Position numbers and translations under genes: made by a program
Shown: piece by piece, positions 18,704 through 27,595 of the stretch
How positions within the stretch are numbered: the first letter of the stretch is position 1
Layout: each line of letters starts with the position of its first letter
The notes under the pieces: generated by a model
What the model was told of the DNA's origin: nothing
The model's input: only the letters and a program-made list of their open reading frames with translations
Databases searched by the model: none
NCBI GenBank assembly: GCA_017608025.1
Contig: JAFCGM010000005.1
Coordinates: forward strand, 984 to 64,983
Direction of reading: 5' to 3'
DNA: 64,000 nucleotides
Source of the DNA: Candidatus Pacearchaeota archaeon
Lineage (GTDB): Archaea; Nanobdellota; Nanobdellia; UBA10117; JABICX01

Positions 18704-19828
18704 ATGAGCATGGGCACAGTCTCTCACCAGGAATGCTTCAACTGCAAAAAGACATTTCCCCCAGACAAAATTATTTTCTTTTGCCCTCATTGCTCTGGCT
18801 CAATTGTTATGAAATATAAGCCCCATTCAATAAAAAATCAAATAATGCACGACGATTTTCTTAAGGCAGAGCCAGACCACTGGAAATACTGGATGTTTTA
18901 TCCAATTGAAAGCAAGAAAGACATAATTTCAATGGATGAAGGCGGTACGCCTCTTGTTTCAGACCCGCAAAACCCTAACTGGTTTTTCAAATATGAAGGA
19001 ACAAATCCAACTGGCTCTTTCAAGGACCGCGGCTCCAGTGTTGAGATAACTCGCGCAAAGCAGCTTGGAATTGAAAAACTCGCCTGCGCATCAACAGGAA
19101 ACATGGGTGCTTCAGTCTCAGCATACTGCGCAAGAGCAGAAATAAAAGCATCAATATATGTTCCTTTTGGAGCAACAGCAACAAAAAAGAAGCAAATAAA
19201 ATTCTATGGCGCAAAAATAAAAAGAGTTTTCGGCGATTATACAAAAGCCCTTAACAAAACCCAAGGCCTCTGGGCAAAAAAACACACATATCTCGCAGGA
19301 GATTATGTCTATCGAAACGAAGGCCAGAAGTCAGTGGTCTTTGAAATACTTGACCAGCTGAAATTTAAATCTCCTTCCCAAATAATTTTGCCAATTGGAA
19401 TGGGAAACCTATGCTTCGCAACCTACAAAGGAGCAGTTGAGATGAAGGAAGCAGGCCTTATCTCAAAAATCCCGAAAATAATCGGGGTCCAGTCAGTCCA
19501 CTGCAATCCAATTGAAATAGCCTTCAAAAACAACCTAAAATATATTCCTGTAATAAAGAATCCAAAGACAATTGCTTCAGCAATAAACACAGGCAACCCG
19601 AATTACGGCCTTGAAGCCCTTTACGCAATAAGGAAAACTAAAGGAAAGGTAATCTCTGTTACAGACACAGAACTCCGTCACGCAAAGGCCCAGCTTGCCC
19701 ATAAAGGCCTGTATGTCGAAGCCAGCGGGGCAGCACCCTATGCAGCAGCAAAGAAACTAAAAAATCTGCCTGGTAAGACAGTAATGATTCTCACAGGCCA
19801 CGGACTTAAAGACACTTTAGTAAAATAA
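18704..19828 (+). CDS. thrC: Threonine synthase
   Basis: N-terminal CxxC...CPxC, EGGTPL, NPTGSFKDRG, ASTGNMG, LTGHGLKD. Confidence 0.92.
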   Translation: MSMGTVSHQECFNCKKTFPPDKIIFFCPHCSGSIVMKYKPHSIKNQIMHDDFLKAEPDHWKYWMFYPIESKKDIISMDEGGTPLVSDPQNPNWFFKYEGTNPTGSFKDRGSSVEITRAKQLGIEKLACASTGNMGASVSAYCARAEIKASIYVPFGATATKKKQIKFYGAKIKRVFGDYTKALNKTQGLWAKKHTYLAGDYVYRNEGQKSVVFEILDQLKFKSPSQIILPIGMGNLCFATYKGAVEMKEAGLISKIPKIIGVQSVHCNPIEIAFKNNLKYIPVIKNPKTIASAINTGNPNYGLEALYAIRKTKGKVISVTDTELRHAKAQLAHKGLYVEASGAAPYAAAKKLKNLPGKTVMILTGHGLKDTLVK

Positions 19829-19864
19829 CTAAATGCTTATTAATCCATTCAATAATTATATTTC

Positions 19865-20038
19865 ATGGCAGAAGAAAATCTAGAAGACAAATTTCCAAAA
19901 ACAGCAGAAATTGGAGGATTTAAAATAAGATATAATGATAAAAGAGACGCAATACTTTATTCTCCAATCACAGAAAAAGAAATATATAAATATATTCTTC
20001 CAGAGAAAATCTACAACTCTCTTGAAGAAAAGCAATAG
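19865..20038 (+). CDS. Small hypothetical protein (57 aa, below the ORF-track cutoff)
   Basis: MAEENLEDKFPKTAEIGGFKIRY...EEKQ* with an upstream TATA-like sequence. Confidence 0.5.
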   Translation: MAEENLEDKFPKTAEIGGFKIRYNDKRDAILYSPITEKEIYKYILPEKIYNSLEEKQ

Positions 20039-20092
20039 CTTGTCACTACCAAAAGGTTTAAATTTCTTGTTTTTCCATTTATAAATAGAAAA

Positions 20093-20467
20093 ATGACAAT
20101 TTATGAGGAAACCTATGACATAAGAGAGCTTCCAAATGTTCCTAAAACCCAGGAATTGAATTTAGAAGCAATAGCTCAAAGGCTTGACAAGATATTTAAC
20201 CAGATATTGGTTCATGGCGAAGCAGAGGGAATTGCTTACCATTTTGAGGGAAATGTTGATGAACTCTGTTTAAAATACAAGGAAGCAAAAGGGCTTTACA
20301 GAATTCTGAAAAAAATTGACCTTTCTTATATAACAACAGAACGCGATGAAAAAATGGGAATACTTTATGATGCTCAGGACCTCGCAAAAAGGCTCTTTAG
20401 AGAAAAGCAAAAGCAAAAAGCTTTTCCAACCATAGAAAAGCTTCTTAACAACATCTATGAGCAATAG
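20093..20467 (+). CDS. Hypothetical protein
   Basis: 124-aa ORF with an upstream TATA. Confidence 0.55.
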   Translation: MTIYEETYDIRELPNVPKTQELNLEAIAQRLDKIFNQILVHGEAEGIAYHFEGNVDELCLKYKEAKGLYRILKKIDLSYITTERDEKMGILYDAQDLAKRLFREKQKQKAFPTIEKLLNNIYEQ

Positions 20468-20512
20468 CTTTTTAGAAACTCTTTTAAACTAATTTTTACA
20501 CAAAAACTTATT

Positions 20513-20587
20513 GGGCCTGTGATCTAGTCCGGTTATGATGTCGCCCTTACAAGGCGAATGTCGGCGGTTCAAATCCGCCCAGGCCCA
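20513..20587 (+). tRNA. tRNA-Val(TAC)
   Basis: GGGCCTG/CAGGCCC acceptor; TCGCC-CTTACAA-GGCGA anticodon arm; TTCAAAT T-loop. Confidence 0.95.
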
Positions 20588-20686
20588 TTGGTTCAAAAAA
20601 TGCTCAGACGGAAACTAAATAGGTTTTCTTTTGGAAACTTACCTTTTCTTTTTTGAAAAGAAAAGGGAGATCCGCCCAGGCCCATT
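20573..20686 (+). repeat. tRNA-Val tail duplication with hairpin module
   Basis: 17-bp ATCCGCCCAGGCCCATT at 20573 and 20670; the copy is preceded by CCTTTTCTTTT-TTG-AAAAGAAAAGG. Confidence 0.9.
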
Positions 20687-20707
20687 TTAATATATTTGGA
20701 ATGTGAA

Positions 20708-20965
20708 ATGGAATTAAAAAAAGCATGTAATATTTTGGGAGTATCAGAAAACTCTTCTCCTGAAGAAATTGAAGAAGCATATCAAACAGAATTAAGAAAA
20801 AACCCCTTTGTTTCAGACAAAGACTCTGAGCTAATGGAAGCATATTCTCTTCTTATTAATGAGCACCAAAAAAACCCTCCTAAAAAAACTCTAGCTTCTG
20901 CAAGACCAGATGAAATAATCAATCATCCCATTGAGGACTTGATTGAAAAAATAAACAGAAAGTAA
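20708..20965 (+). CDS. J-domain-like protein lacking HPD
   Basis: ACNILGVSENSSPEEIEEAY...LMEAYSLL; the HPD position reads NPF. Confidence 0.7.
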   Translation: MELKKACNILGVSENSSPEEIEEAYQTELRKNPFVSDKDSELMEAYSLLINEHQKNPPKKTLASARPDEIINHPIEDLIEKINRK

Positions 20966-22054
20966 CTATTCAAGACTCTTCCGAAAAATATCAAAAACCC
21001 TGTCCAAGTCCTTTTCTTCAACTTTTTCCCTTTTCTCAAGCCAGGCAGAAGCCCTAATCAGTTTCATTAAAGTCCTTACCATCTTTTCGTCAACAGGTTT
21101 TGCAAACTTTTCCTCATTTTTTTTAAGGTAAACACTAAAATCCTTTACTTTCTTTGTCAAATCCTTTGAAACTGAAACATCTTTTTTTGAAAGGTTGTCT
21201 AAATATTTTCTTATGAACCGAACATCTTTTTTGTTAATTTCAACTTTTTTCGCACTTGCGATGCTTTCTGCCAGTTCTTCAAACCTCTTCTTGTCAATGC
21301 TTTTAATTAAAAAAATCATATCAAACATGTAAGCAAAATTTGAGGGCATTTTCAGTTTTCCCACAAAATTCTTCGGAATCTTGTCATAAAGCTCATTTTT
21401 AAAACTTGCAGAAGCAATCATCGAAACATCATTTTTCAAATAAAATTCCTTTATTTTCTTGTAAGTTGATTTTGTATAGTCCCCAATTTCATCCATAAGC
21501 AAAAGGTCCTTTTTCTCAGCATTTTTCAAAGACCTTGAAAAAACCTGGCTTTTCTTCTTCAACTCTTTAGTATTCAGCACAAACTCTGCCTTGTCCACAC
21601 TCGGATTTCCAACCAACAGCAGTGACATCTTCTTATCTGAAGCAAGCACAAGTGAAATTGCCTGCTTAATGTGCTTCAGTCCAAGAGTGTTTGGAGCAAT
21701 GTATTCTGGAATTGCTTGCCACGCTCTCTTTGAAAAGCTCTTTATAGCCTCATCCCAAAACTTCTCCTCAATTTTCTTATTCAAATAGTTAATTTTCTCT
21801 TCATCTGAAACAATCTTTGGCATAATGTCCTGCGAGCAAATCAAAAACGAAAATCCCTTTCTCAAAACCCTTATCTCAGCTTTCTTCTGCTTCAGCTTCC
21901 ACTTAACTTTCCGAATTTCAGAGTTTGAAAGATATGGCTTAAGTCGCATAAGAAGAATTTTCTGCTTTTTTCTCAAAGGAATTAGCAAAACAGCAATCTC
22001 TTTTAGAAACTTGAAAATATTGCTTACAATTGAAGAAATGTCCTGTTTTTTCAT
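20966..22054 (-). CDS. Degenerate MCM-like AAA+ domain protein
   Basis: IAPNTLGLKHIKQAISLVL, LLLVGNPSVDK (broken Walker A), LLMDEI, FDMIF, FIRKY, RTLMKLIRASA. Confidence 0.7.
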   Translation of the reverse strand: MKKQDISSIVSNIFKFLKEIAVLLIPLRKKQKILLMRLKPYLSNSEIRKVKWKLKQKKAEIRVLRKGFSFLICSQDIMPKIVSDEEKINYLNKKIEEKFWDEAIKSFSKRAWQAIPEYIAPNTLGLKHIKQAISLVLASDKKMSLLLVGNPSVDKAEFVLNTKELKKKSQVFSRSLKNAEKKDLLLMDEIGDYTKSTYKKIKEFYLKNDVSMIASASFKNELYDKIPKNFVGKLKMPSNFAYMFDMIFLIKSIDKKRFEELAESIASAKKVEINKKDVRFIRKYLDNLSKKDVSVSKDLTKKVKDFSVYLKKNEEKFAKPVDEKMVRTLMKLIRASAWLEKREKVEEKDLDRVFDIFRKSLE

Positions 22055-22077
22055 TAATTAAAACAGAATTTCCTTAT

Positions 22078-22203
22078 TTAAAAGAGTTGAGATACGAATT
22101 TTGCAAAGTATATTACAACCCCGAACAGAATAAAGAAAATACTATAGGATACCAAGAAATACAGCTTTTCTCCAGATGATTTAAATCCTAATTTGTTTTT
22201 CAT
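22078..22203 (-). CDS. Small single-TM membrane protein (41 aa)
   Basis: MKNKLGFKSSGEKLYFLVSYSIFFILFGVVIYFAKFVSQLF*. Confidence 0.45.
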   Translation of the reverse strand: MKNKLGFKSSGEKLYFLVSYSIFFILFGVVIYFAKFVSQLF

Positions 22204-22258
22204 TTTCAAGTGATTAATATATAACAAAACATGCAATTAGCTTTATAAAGTTTTTTAA

Positions 22259-22600
22259 TTAAAAGTCAAAGCTATTTTTGTATTTCCTGAACTCTCTAAG
22301 CTTCTTCCCATAATTCTCTGCAAGAGCAACATATTCCTCTTTCTCATCATCCCTGCCTCTCTTCGCAGCCAATGCAGCAGTTATTGTGTAGAAGTCAGTT
22401 ATTGATTCTAGCTCAGCCATTATCAAATTCAAGTCTTTCTCACAAACCTTCTGAAGTCCGCCACTTTTCTCAATTTCCTTAAGCTTGTTGTTTAGTTCCT
22501 CTTCATTAAAAGCCCTGTCTTTAAGGGATTTTAAGCATTCTTCGCTTTTGTTGTCCCTTGCAAAACACATTCTCAACCGCTCAATGCTTGTGTTTCCCAT
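22259..22600 (-). CDS. Hypothetical helical protein
   Basis: 113-aa ORF with an upstream TATA. Confidence 0.55.
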   Translation of the reverse strand: MGNTSIERLRMCFARDNKSEECLKSLKDRAFNEEELNNKLKEIEKSGGLQKVCEKDLNLIMAELESITDFYTITAALAAKRGRDDEKEEYVALAENYGKKLREFRKYKNSFDF

Positions 22601-22676
22601 AACTTTTCCATAGTTCTTTTTATTTTATAAGACTTATTATAATGAATTCATCAGAAAAACTTTGTTGAGAGAAAAG

Positions 22677-22749
22677 TGCCGAGGGCGAGACTCGAACTCG
22701 CGACATCCAGCTTATGAGACTGGCACTCTACCAACTGAGTTACCTCGGC
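22677..22749 (-). tRNA. tRNA-Met(CAT), probably elongator
   Basis: GCCGAGG/CCTCGGC acceptor; CCAGT-CTCATAA-GCTGG; lacks the initiator A1-U72 pair and triple G-C pairs. Confidence 0.9.
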
Positions 22750-22927
22750 GGACCCTTTTCAGAAAAGCGTCCACGGAAAACGCGGAGCTTTTCAAAAAGC
22801 TTGCAAAAACAAGTCTATCTTCGCAAGCTCGATAGACTGAAAGTATTATCAAAAACGAAACTATTGAAGTATGTGTTGTGTGAAGCTTCGCTTTACACGA
22901 CCATCGCAGTCTTTCTGCTTGAAGGAC
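22750..22927 (-). repeat. Gly-Met spacer built from hairpin modules
   Basis: On the minus strand it ends TTTTCCGTGGACGCTTTTCTGAAAAGGGTCC immediately before tRNA-Met +1; several other hairpins present. Confidence 0.75.
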
Positions 22928-23000
22928 TGCAGCTGCCGGGATTTGAACCCGAGTCGCAAACTTGGCAAGCTTGAGTGATACCAGACTACACCACAGCTGC
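22928..23000 (-). tRNA. tRNA-Gly(GCC)
   Basis: GCAGCTG/CAGCTGC; CAAGC-TTGCCAA-GTTTG; TTCAAAT. Confidence 0.93.
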
Positions 23001-23115
23001 GGAACTCTTTTGGAAAAAGCGTTCACGGAAAACCGCAGATTCTTTTTCACAAAAAGTTTTATCAAAAACGAAATCTTTTCGTTCTTTTGCGAGCGTTTCT
23101 TTTTAAGAAAGGCTC
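23001..23115 (-). repeat. Pro-Gly spacer built from hairpin modules
   Basis: On the minus strand it ends TTTTCCGTGAACGCTTTTTCCAAAAGAGTTCC before tRNA-Gly +1, homologous to the Gly-Met spacer end. Confidence 0.75.
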
Positions 23116-23189
23116 CGAGGCTGCCCGGATTTGAACCGGGGTCGCTAGGTCCCAAACCTAGAAGGATTGCCAAGCTACCCTACAGCCTC
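23116..23189 (-). tRNA. tRNA-Pro(TGG)
   Basis: GAGGCTG/CAGCCTC; CTAGG-TTTGGGA-CCTAG; TTCAAAT. Confidence 0.92.
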
Positions 23190-23290
23190 ACATCTAAAAA
23201 AATGCATAAAAGCGTATAAAAATGTTTCTACAATAGTTTTTAACATATATAACACAAAATATATAAGGGAGTACATACTTTATTCTATTA

Positions 23291-23551
23291 ATGGCTGAAA
23301 TCTCTTTTAATAAAAACATGCGAAAGCATGAAATTATGGGCTCTTTGCTAATATTTATTGGAGCAACATGGCTTGGTCTCGGACTTTATGCTACAATGCT
23401 TGCAGCAAATCGATTGCTTGCAAACATTCCCTTGCTTAGCACAAATCAGTTGCTTATTTTCCCATTGTTTTATGGTTTAGGATCAATTTTAATCATGTTT
23501 GGAATAATCGAGCTGAGGGAAATGCTTCCAGGAAAAAACAGGAGAAATTAA
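23291..23551 (+). CDS. Small two-TM membrane protein
   Basis: 86 aa with two hydrophobic stretches. Confidence 0.65.
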   Translation: MAEISFNKNMRKHEIMGSLLIFIGATWLGLGLYATMLAANRLLANIPLLSTNQLLIFPLFYGLGSILIMFGIIELREMLPGKNRRN

Positions 23552-23553
23552 AA

Positions 23554-23661
23554 ATGAAACTAGGAACAGATGAAATTGAATATGGGTTAAAGGAATTTAT
23601 ACAAGGACTTATACTCGGAATAATTTTTGGATTTGTGCTTGCAACTTTTTTGGTTTACTAA
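23554..23661 (+). CDS. Small single-TM protein (35 aa)
   Basis: MKLGTDEIEYGLKEFIQGLILGIIFGFVLATFLVY*; GGAG upstream; starts 2 nt after the previous stop. Confidence 0.5.
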   Translation: MKLGTDEIEYGLKEFIQGLILGIIFGFVLATFLVY

Positions 23662-23694
23662 TCTTTTTAAACCTTTTTTTGCTTTTATTTTCAT

Positions 23695-24507
23695 ATGCTA
23701 AATTGCGTATTTTTGCAGCCGCACGAACTATCTTTGAAAAGCAATCAAACAAGAGCTAGATTTGAAAAGCGGCTTGCCAAAAACATAAAAGCAGTCATTG
23801 GAAAAAGGAACTTAAAGCGATATTTTGGCAGCCTTACAATTAATTCAAGAACGTCTGAAGAGCATGCAAGAAAATTAAAATATGTCTTCGGTCTCAGTAA
23901 AATCTCTCCTGCAATTAAATGCAATGCCACAGCACCAGAAATTCTTCAGGCAATTGATTTCTTAATTAAAAAAACAAAACTAAATTCTTCAAAAACCTTT
24001 GGAGTAAGAGCAAAATGCTTGAACTCATATTTTAAGTCAAGGGAAATTGAAAAAGAATTTGGCCAGTATATTCTTGAAAAGACTAATGCCAAAGTAGATC
24101 TTGACAAAACAAAAAACTGGTTTTACATAAACATCCTTGGTGAAAACGCTTTTATCTACACAGAAAAAATCTCTGGCTTTGGCGGCCTTCCTGTCGGAGT
24201 CTCTGGAAAATGCCTTGCAGAAATAGATTCCTCAAAGCAAAGCCTTCTTGCAGCATGGCTAATGGCTCGTCGCGGCTGCGAAATTGACTTCTACATCAAA
24301 GAGTCAAACTCTTCCTTAAAAGAACTTCAAAAATACCTTTTGGGCTACAAGCCTCGCAAACTGAAAACCCTGAACACAAATCACGATGCAATTATTCTTG
24401 CTTCAAAAACCCCTAGCAAATCCAAAAAAAGCAAACTCCTATTTACACCACTCCTTGGCCTTAACAATCAGCAAATAAACAATTATATAAGGAAACTTAA
24501 CTTTTAA
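23695..24507 (+). CDS. THUMP-domain ThiI-like protein with a degenerate PP-loop
   Basis: ELSLKS..R..FE..L..NI, THUMP (TFGVRA...KVDL), GGLPVGVSGK; SGGxDS is missing. Confidence 0.8.
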   Translation: MLNCVFLQPHELSLKSNQTRARFEKRLAKNIKAVIGKRNLKRYFGSLTINSRTSEEHARKLKYVFGLSKISPAIKCNATAPEILQAIDFLIKKTKLNSSKTFGVRAKCLNSYFKSREIEKEFGQYILEKTNAKVDLDKTKNWFYINILGENAFIYTEKISGFGGLPVGVSGKCLAEIDSSKQSLLAAWLMARRGCEIDFYIKESNSSLKELQKYLLGYKPRKLKTLNTNHDAIILASKTPSKSKKSKLLFTPLLGLNNQQINNYIRKLNF

Positions 24508-24542
24508 TTTCTTAGTTAAGATTCCTTTCTTGAAAAAAAGTC

Positions 24543-24640
24543 GGGCGGGTAGCACAGTCTGGCAGTGCGTTTGCTTCGCAATAACTTTAACAGAAAAACG
24601 AAAAAGCAAAAGGTCCTGAGTTCAAATCTCAGCCCGTCCA
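24543..24640 (+). tRNA. tRNA-Ala(CGC) with a 24-nt intron (24581-24604)
   Basis: GGGCGGG/CCCGTCC with the G3:U70 Ala determinant; TTTGC/GCAAA stem; TTCG pairs with intron CGAA as the central helix. Confidence 0.92.
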
Positions 24641-24750
24641 CTTGAAGCTTTTCTTTAGAAAAGAAAATCTTCTGCAAAAGAAACCACTATTTGGGAATGC
24701 AAACACTTTTTTAAAGGGTTTGCCCTGGGTATCAAATCTCAGCCCGTCCA
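24622..24750 (+). repeat. tRNA-Ala tail duplication with hairpin modules
   Basis: 19-bp TCAAATCTCAGCCCGTCCA at 24622 and 24732; the copy is preceded by GCAAACACTTTTTTAAAGGGTTTGC. Confidence 0.9.
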
Positions 24751-24868
24751 TTCTCTCTTTTTTCCGCAAAAAATGCAAGATTTCAAAAGAAAAAACACAT
24801 TCTTGTTTTTTACAGCCGTTTTAAAATCAATACATTTAAAAGTAAAAAATCAATCTTTTCTCTATTAC

Positions 24869-24952
24869 GCCAGGATGGCACAATCTGGTACTGCGCAGGC
24901 CTGCTAAGTCTGTTTCCTTCGGGATGTACGGGTTCAAATCCCGTTCCTGGCG
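24869..24952 (+). tRNA. tRNA-Ser(GCT)
   Basis: GCCAGGA/TCCTGGC; CAGGC-CTGCTAA-GTCTG; long variable arm; G73. Confidence 0.94.
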
Positions 24953-25053
24953 CTTTCTCTTTATCTTGTTTTTGATATTTCTCAAAAAGAGCATTTTTCT
25001 TAAGAAAAGAAATCATCGAAACCTTTTTTAACTAATTTCTTATTTTGCCTTAT

Positions 25054-25128
25054 GGGTCCGTAGCTCAGTCTGGCTAGAGCACTTGGCTCTTAACCAAGGG
25101 GTCGCGGGTTCAAATCCCGTCGGACTCG
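25054..25128 (+). tRNA. tRNA-Lys(CTT)
   Basis: GGGTCCG/CGGACTC; CTTGG-CTCTTAA-CCAAG. Confidence 0.95.
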
Positions 25129-25320
25129 CTTGAACCTTTCTCTTGTAAGAGAAATGTTCTCGAAAGAGAACGTATTATTTTTTCTTTGGGCAACTTACAC
25201 TTTCTTTTTTCTAAAAAGAAAGGGCAGAATCCCGTCGGACTCGCTTGAATCCCTTTTCAAAAAAGTCTTCACTCCAAAACAATTTTTGGGAATGAAATCG
25301 CTTTTACAAAGAAAAAAGCA
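25113..25320 (+). repeat. tRNA-Lys tail duplication with an inverted pair of hairpin modules
   Basis: 22-bp AATCCCGTCGGACTCGCTTGAA at 25113 and 25228; the copy is preceded by TTTGGGCAACTTACA-CTTTCTTTTT-TCT-AAAAAGAAAG; more modules follow. Confidence 0.9.
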
Positions 25321-25435
25321 GAATTTTTGAGAACATAAATATATACGCAGAAGAAGTTTAAAAACCTTATTGTTTGCTGATTTTTGTCTAGCGTAGTAAC
25401 ATAAATTTTATAAGGTCTCACAAATATCTTCTTTT

Positions 25436-25603
25436 ATGGCAAAGGAAAATTTTGAGTGTATGATTTGCGATTACAGAGGCGTTGTAAAAGAAAAAGGATA
25501 CCATTTAGGCATTTGTAAGGACTGCGTTAGAAGAATAAAATTATCCTGGCCAGATGGAAAGAATGTCATAGTGGTTTCTGATGAAACACCTGTGCAGCAT
25601 TAA
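25436..25603 (+). CDS. Small zinc-finger protein (55 aa)
   Basis: MAKENFECMICDY...GICKDCVRR...; two CxxC; upstream TTTATAA. Confidence 0.6.
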   Translation: MAKENFECMICDYRGVVKEKGYHLGICKDCVRRIKLSWPDGKNVIVVSDETPVQH

Positions 25604-27444
25604 TGAATCTTAGCCCCTTCTTCAATGTCTGATTCTGGAGCAAGAAACTTGACTTTCTTCCCTTTTTCAGCAGCTAGAATCATTGCCTCACTGTCATAGC
25701 CCATTAGCTTAACTGGCTTCAAATTAACAACAAAACTTGCCTTCTTTCCAATCAAATCTTTTGGCTTGTACCATTTCCTGATTCCAGCTAAGACCTGCCG
25801 TTTTTCTCCGCCAAAATCAACCTGCATTTTTATCAGCTTCTCTGAGTTTGGAACGTCTTCTGCTTTAACTATCTTTCCAATCCTTATATCCACTTTTTCA
25901 AAATCTTTAAACTCAATCATAGATTTCACCTTCATAGTCTGCGAAAGTAGACTGCTCTTTAAGTCTATTTTTTTGAATAGGATGCTGCCTTTTTGAATTT
26001 TTAATCCTGGATGAATTGGTTTTTTTAGCTCTTCGAATGTTGGAACTTTTTTCAAGCCAATTTGCTTTGCAATTTTCTTACTTGCCTCTGGAACAAAAGC
26101 ATAGGTTGCTGCAGAAACCCATCTCAAGCTTTCTGCAAGAGTGTATAAAATATCATTCAAATCCTTTGGTTTTGTCCAAGGCTCTTTCTTTGTAATAAAC
26201 TCATTAACTTTCCCAATTTCAGTCCAAACAGCCTCAATTGCTTTGTGAATTTCCCTTTTTTCCATATACTGCTGAGCCTTTTTCTCACTCAGTTTCAACT
26301 TTAATTTTCCTTTTGGGACAGTTCCATCAGCAAATCTCTCAATCATCTTCAAACTTCTTGAAACTAGATTTCCCAATGAATTAGCCAATTCATTATTAAT
26401 TCTTGTAATAATTGCTTTCTGCGAATAATCTCCGTCTGCTGTGCTTGGAATTTCCCTTAAAATAAAATACCTAACAGCGTCTGCCCCGTATTTATCAATT
26501 TCCTTAAACGGATCAACAACATTTCCTAAAGATTTACTCATTTTCTGCCCTTCTGAAGTTACAAAACCATGAACAAACAATTCTCTTGGAACCTTTATTC
26601 CCGCAGACAATAACATTGCAGGCCAATAGACTGCGTGAAATCTAATAATATCTTTTCCAATAACATGAACATCAGCAGGCCACCACTTCTCGTATTTTTT
26701 GTTTGGAAAACCAATTCCACTCAAGTAATTAGACAAAGCATCGCACCAAACATACATAACCTGCTCTTTGTCACCTGGAACAGGAATCCCCCACGGAAGA
26801 TTCTTTCTGCTCCTTGAAAATGAAATATCATTTAGCCCTTCTTTGATAAATGACAGAATTTCATTTTTCCTAGACTTCGGCACAATCTTGTACCTATCTT
26901 TCTCAATTAGTTTCTGAAGCCGCTTTTCATATTTTGACAGCCGAAAAAAGTAATTCTCTTCCTCAATTGTCTCCAATTTCCTATTAGCATGCAACGGACA
27001 TTTTCCATTTACCAAATCCTTCTCAGTAACATACTTCTCGCATCCAGAGCAGTACTTTCCAGAATACTTTTTTTTGTAAATGTCTCCACTTTTCTCCAAT
27101 AATTTCCACATCTTTTGTGCACCAGGCCAATGAACCTTTTTGTCAGAAGTCCTGATAAAATAATCATTCCTCAAATTAAGCGATTTTGCCAGCTTCTTAA
27201 ACCTTGCAGCATTGTCATCTGCAAGCGCCTTTGTTGAAGTCCCTTTTTCCTTTGCAGTCTGGTGTATCTTAACTCCGTGCTCATCAGTCCCAGTCATATA
27301 AAAGACATTCTTACCTTCCTGCTCCTTCCACCTGGCAATAGCATCTGCCTGAATAATCTCAAGGGCAAAACCAATATGCGGTTTAGAGTTCACATACGCA
27401 ATTGCAGTTGTTATGTAAAATTTCTTTTTTGGGAAGGATATCAC
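25600..27444 (-). CDS. metG: Methionine--tRNA ligase with a C-terminal tRNA-binding (EMAP/Trbp) domain
   Basis: PHIGF, GTDEHG, YVWCDAL, IGKDIIRFH, KMSKS. Confidence 0.97.
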   Translation of the reverse strand: MISFPKKKFYITTAIAYVNSKPHIGFALEIIQADAIARWKEQEGKNVFYMTGTDEHGVKIHQTAKEKGTSTKALADDNAARFKKLAKSLNLRNDYFIRTSDKKVHWPGAQKMWKLLEKSGDIYKKKYSGKYCSGCEKYVTEKDLVNGKCPLHANRKLETIEEENYFFRLSKYEKRLQKLIEKDRYKIVPKSRKNEILSFIKEGLNDISFSRSRKNLPWGIPVPGDKEQVMYVWCDALSNYLSGIGFPNKKYEKWWPADVHVIGKDIIRFHAVYWPAMLLSAGIKVPRELFVHGFVTSEGQKMSKSLGNVVDPFKEIDKYGADAVRYFILREIPSTADGDYSQKAIITRINNELANSLGNLVSRSLKMIERFADGTVPKGKLKLKLSEKKAQQYMEKREIHKAIEAVWTEIGKVNEFITKKEPWTKPKDLNDILYTLAESLRWVSAATYAFVPEASKKIAKQIGLKKVPTFEELKKPIHPGLKIQKGSILFKKIDLKSSLLSQTMKVKSMIEFKDFEKVDIRIGKIVKAEDVPNSEKLIKMQVDFGGEKRQVLAGIRKWYKPKDLIGKKASFVVNLKPVKLMGYDSEAMILAAEKGKKVKFLAPESDIEEGAKIH

Positions 27445-27595
27445 CTACTTGTATTATAAAAAAATGAATTAAAAAGGTTTCTTGTTTCCCCTAAAACCTG
27501 AATTATGCTTTACTATTAAAAGATGTTTTTTCATTTAAGCAAACCCTCAATAACTTTTCCGAGGTTTTTTAAGGTTTTTTAGTTTATATAAATAC

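Noticed and set aside
22712-23219. ORFs over the tRNA cluster (also 17402, 24642, 24810, 25130, 55883, 56813, 57845)
   Set aside because: They overlap tRNA genes or repeat modules and show no protein motifs.
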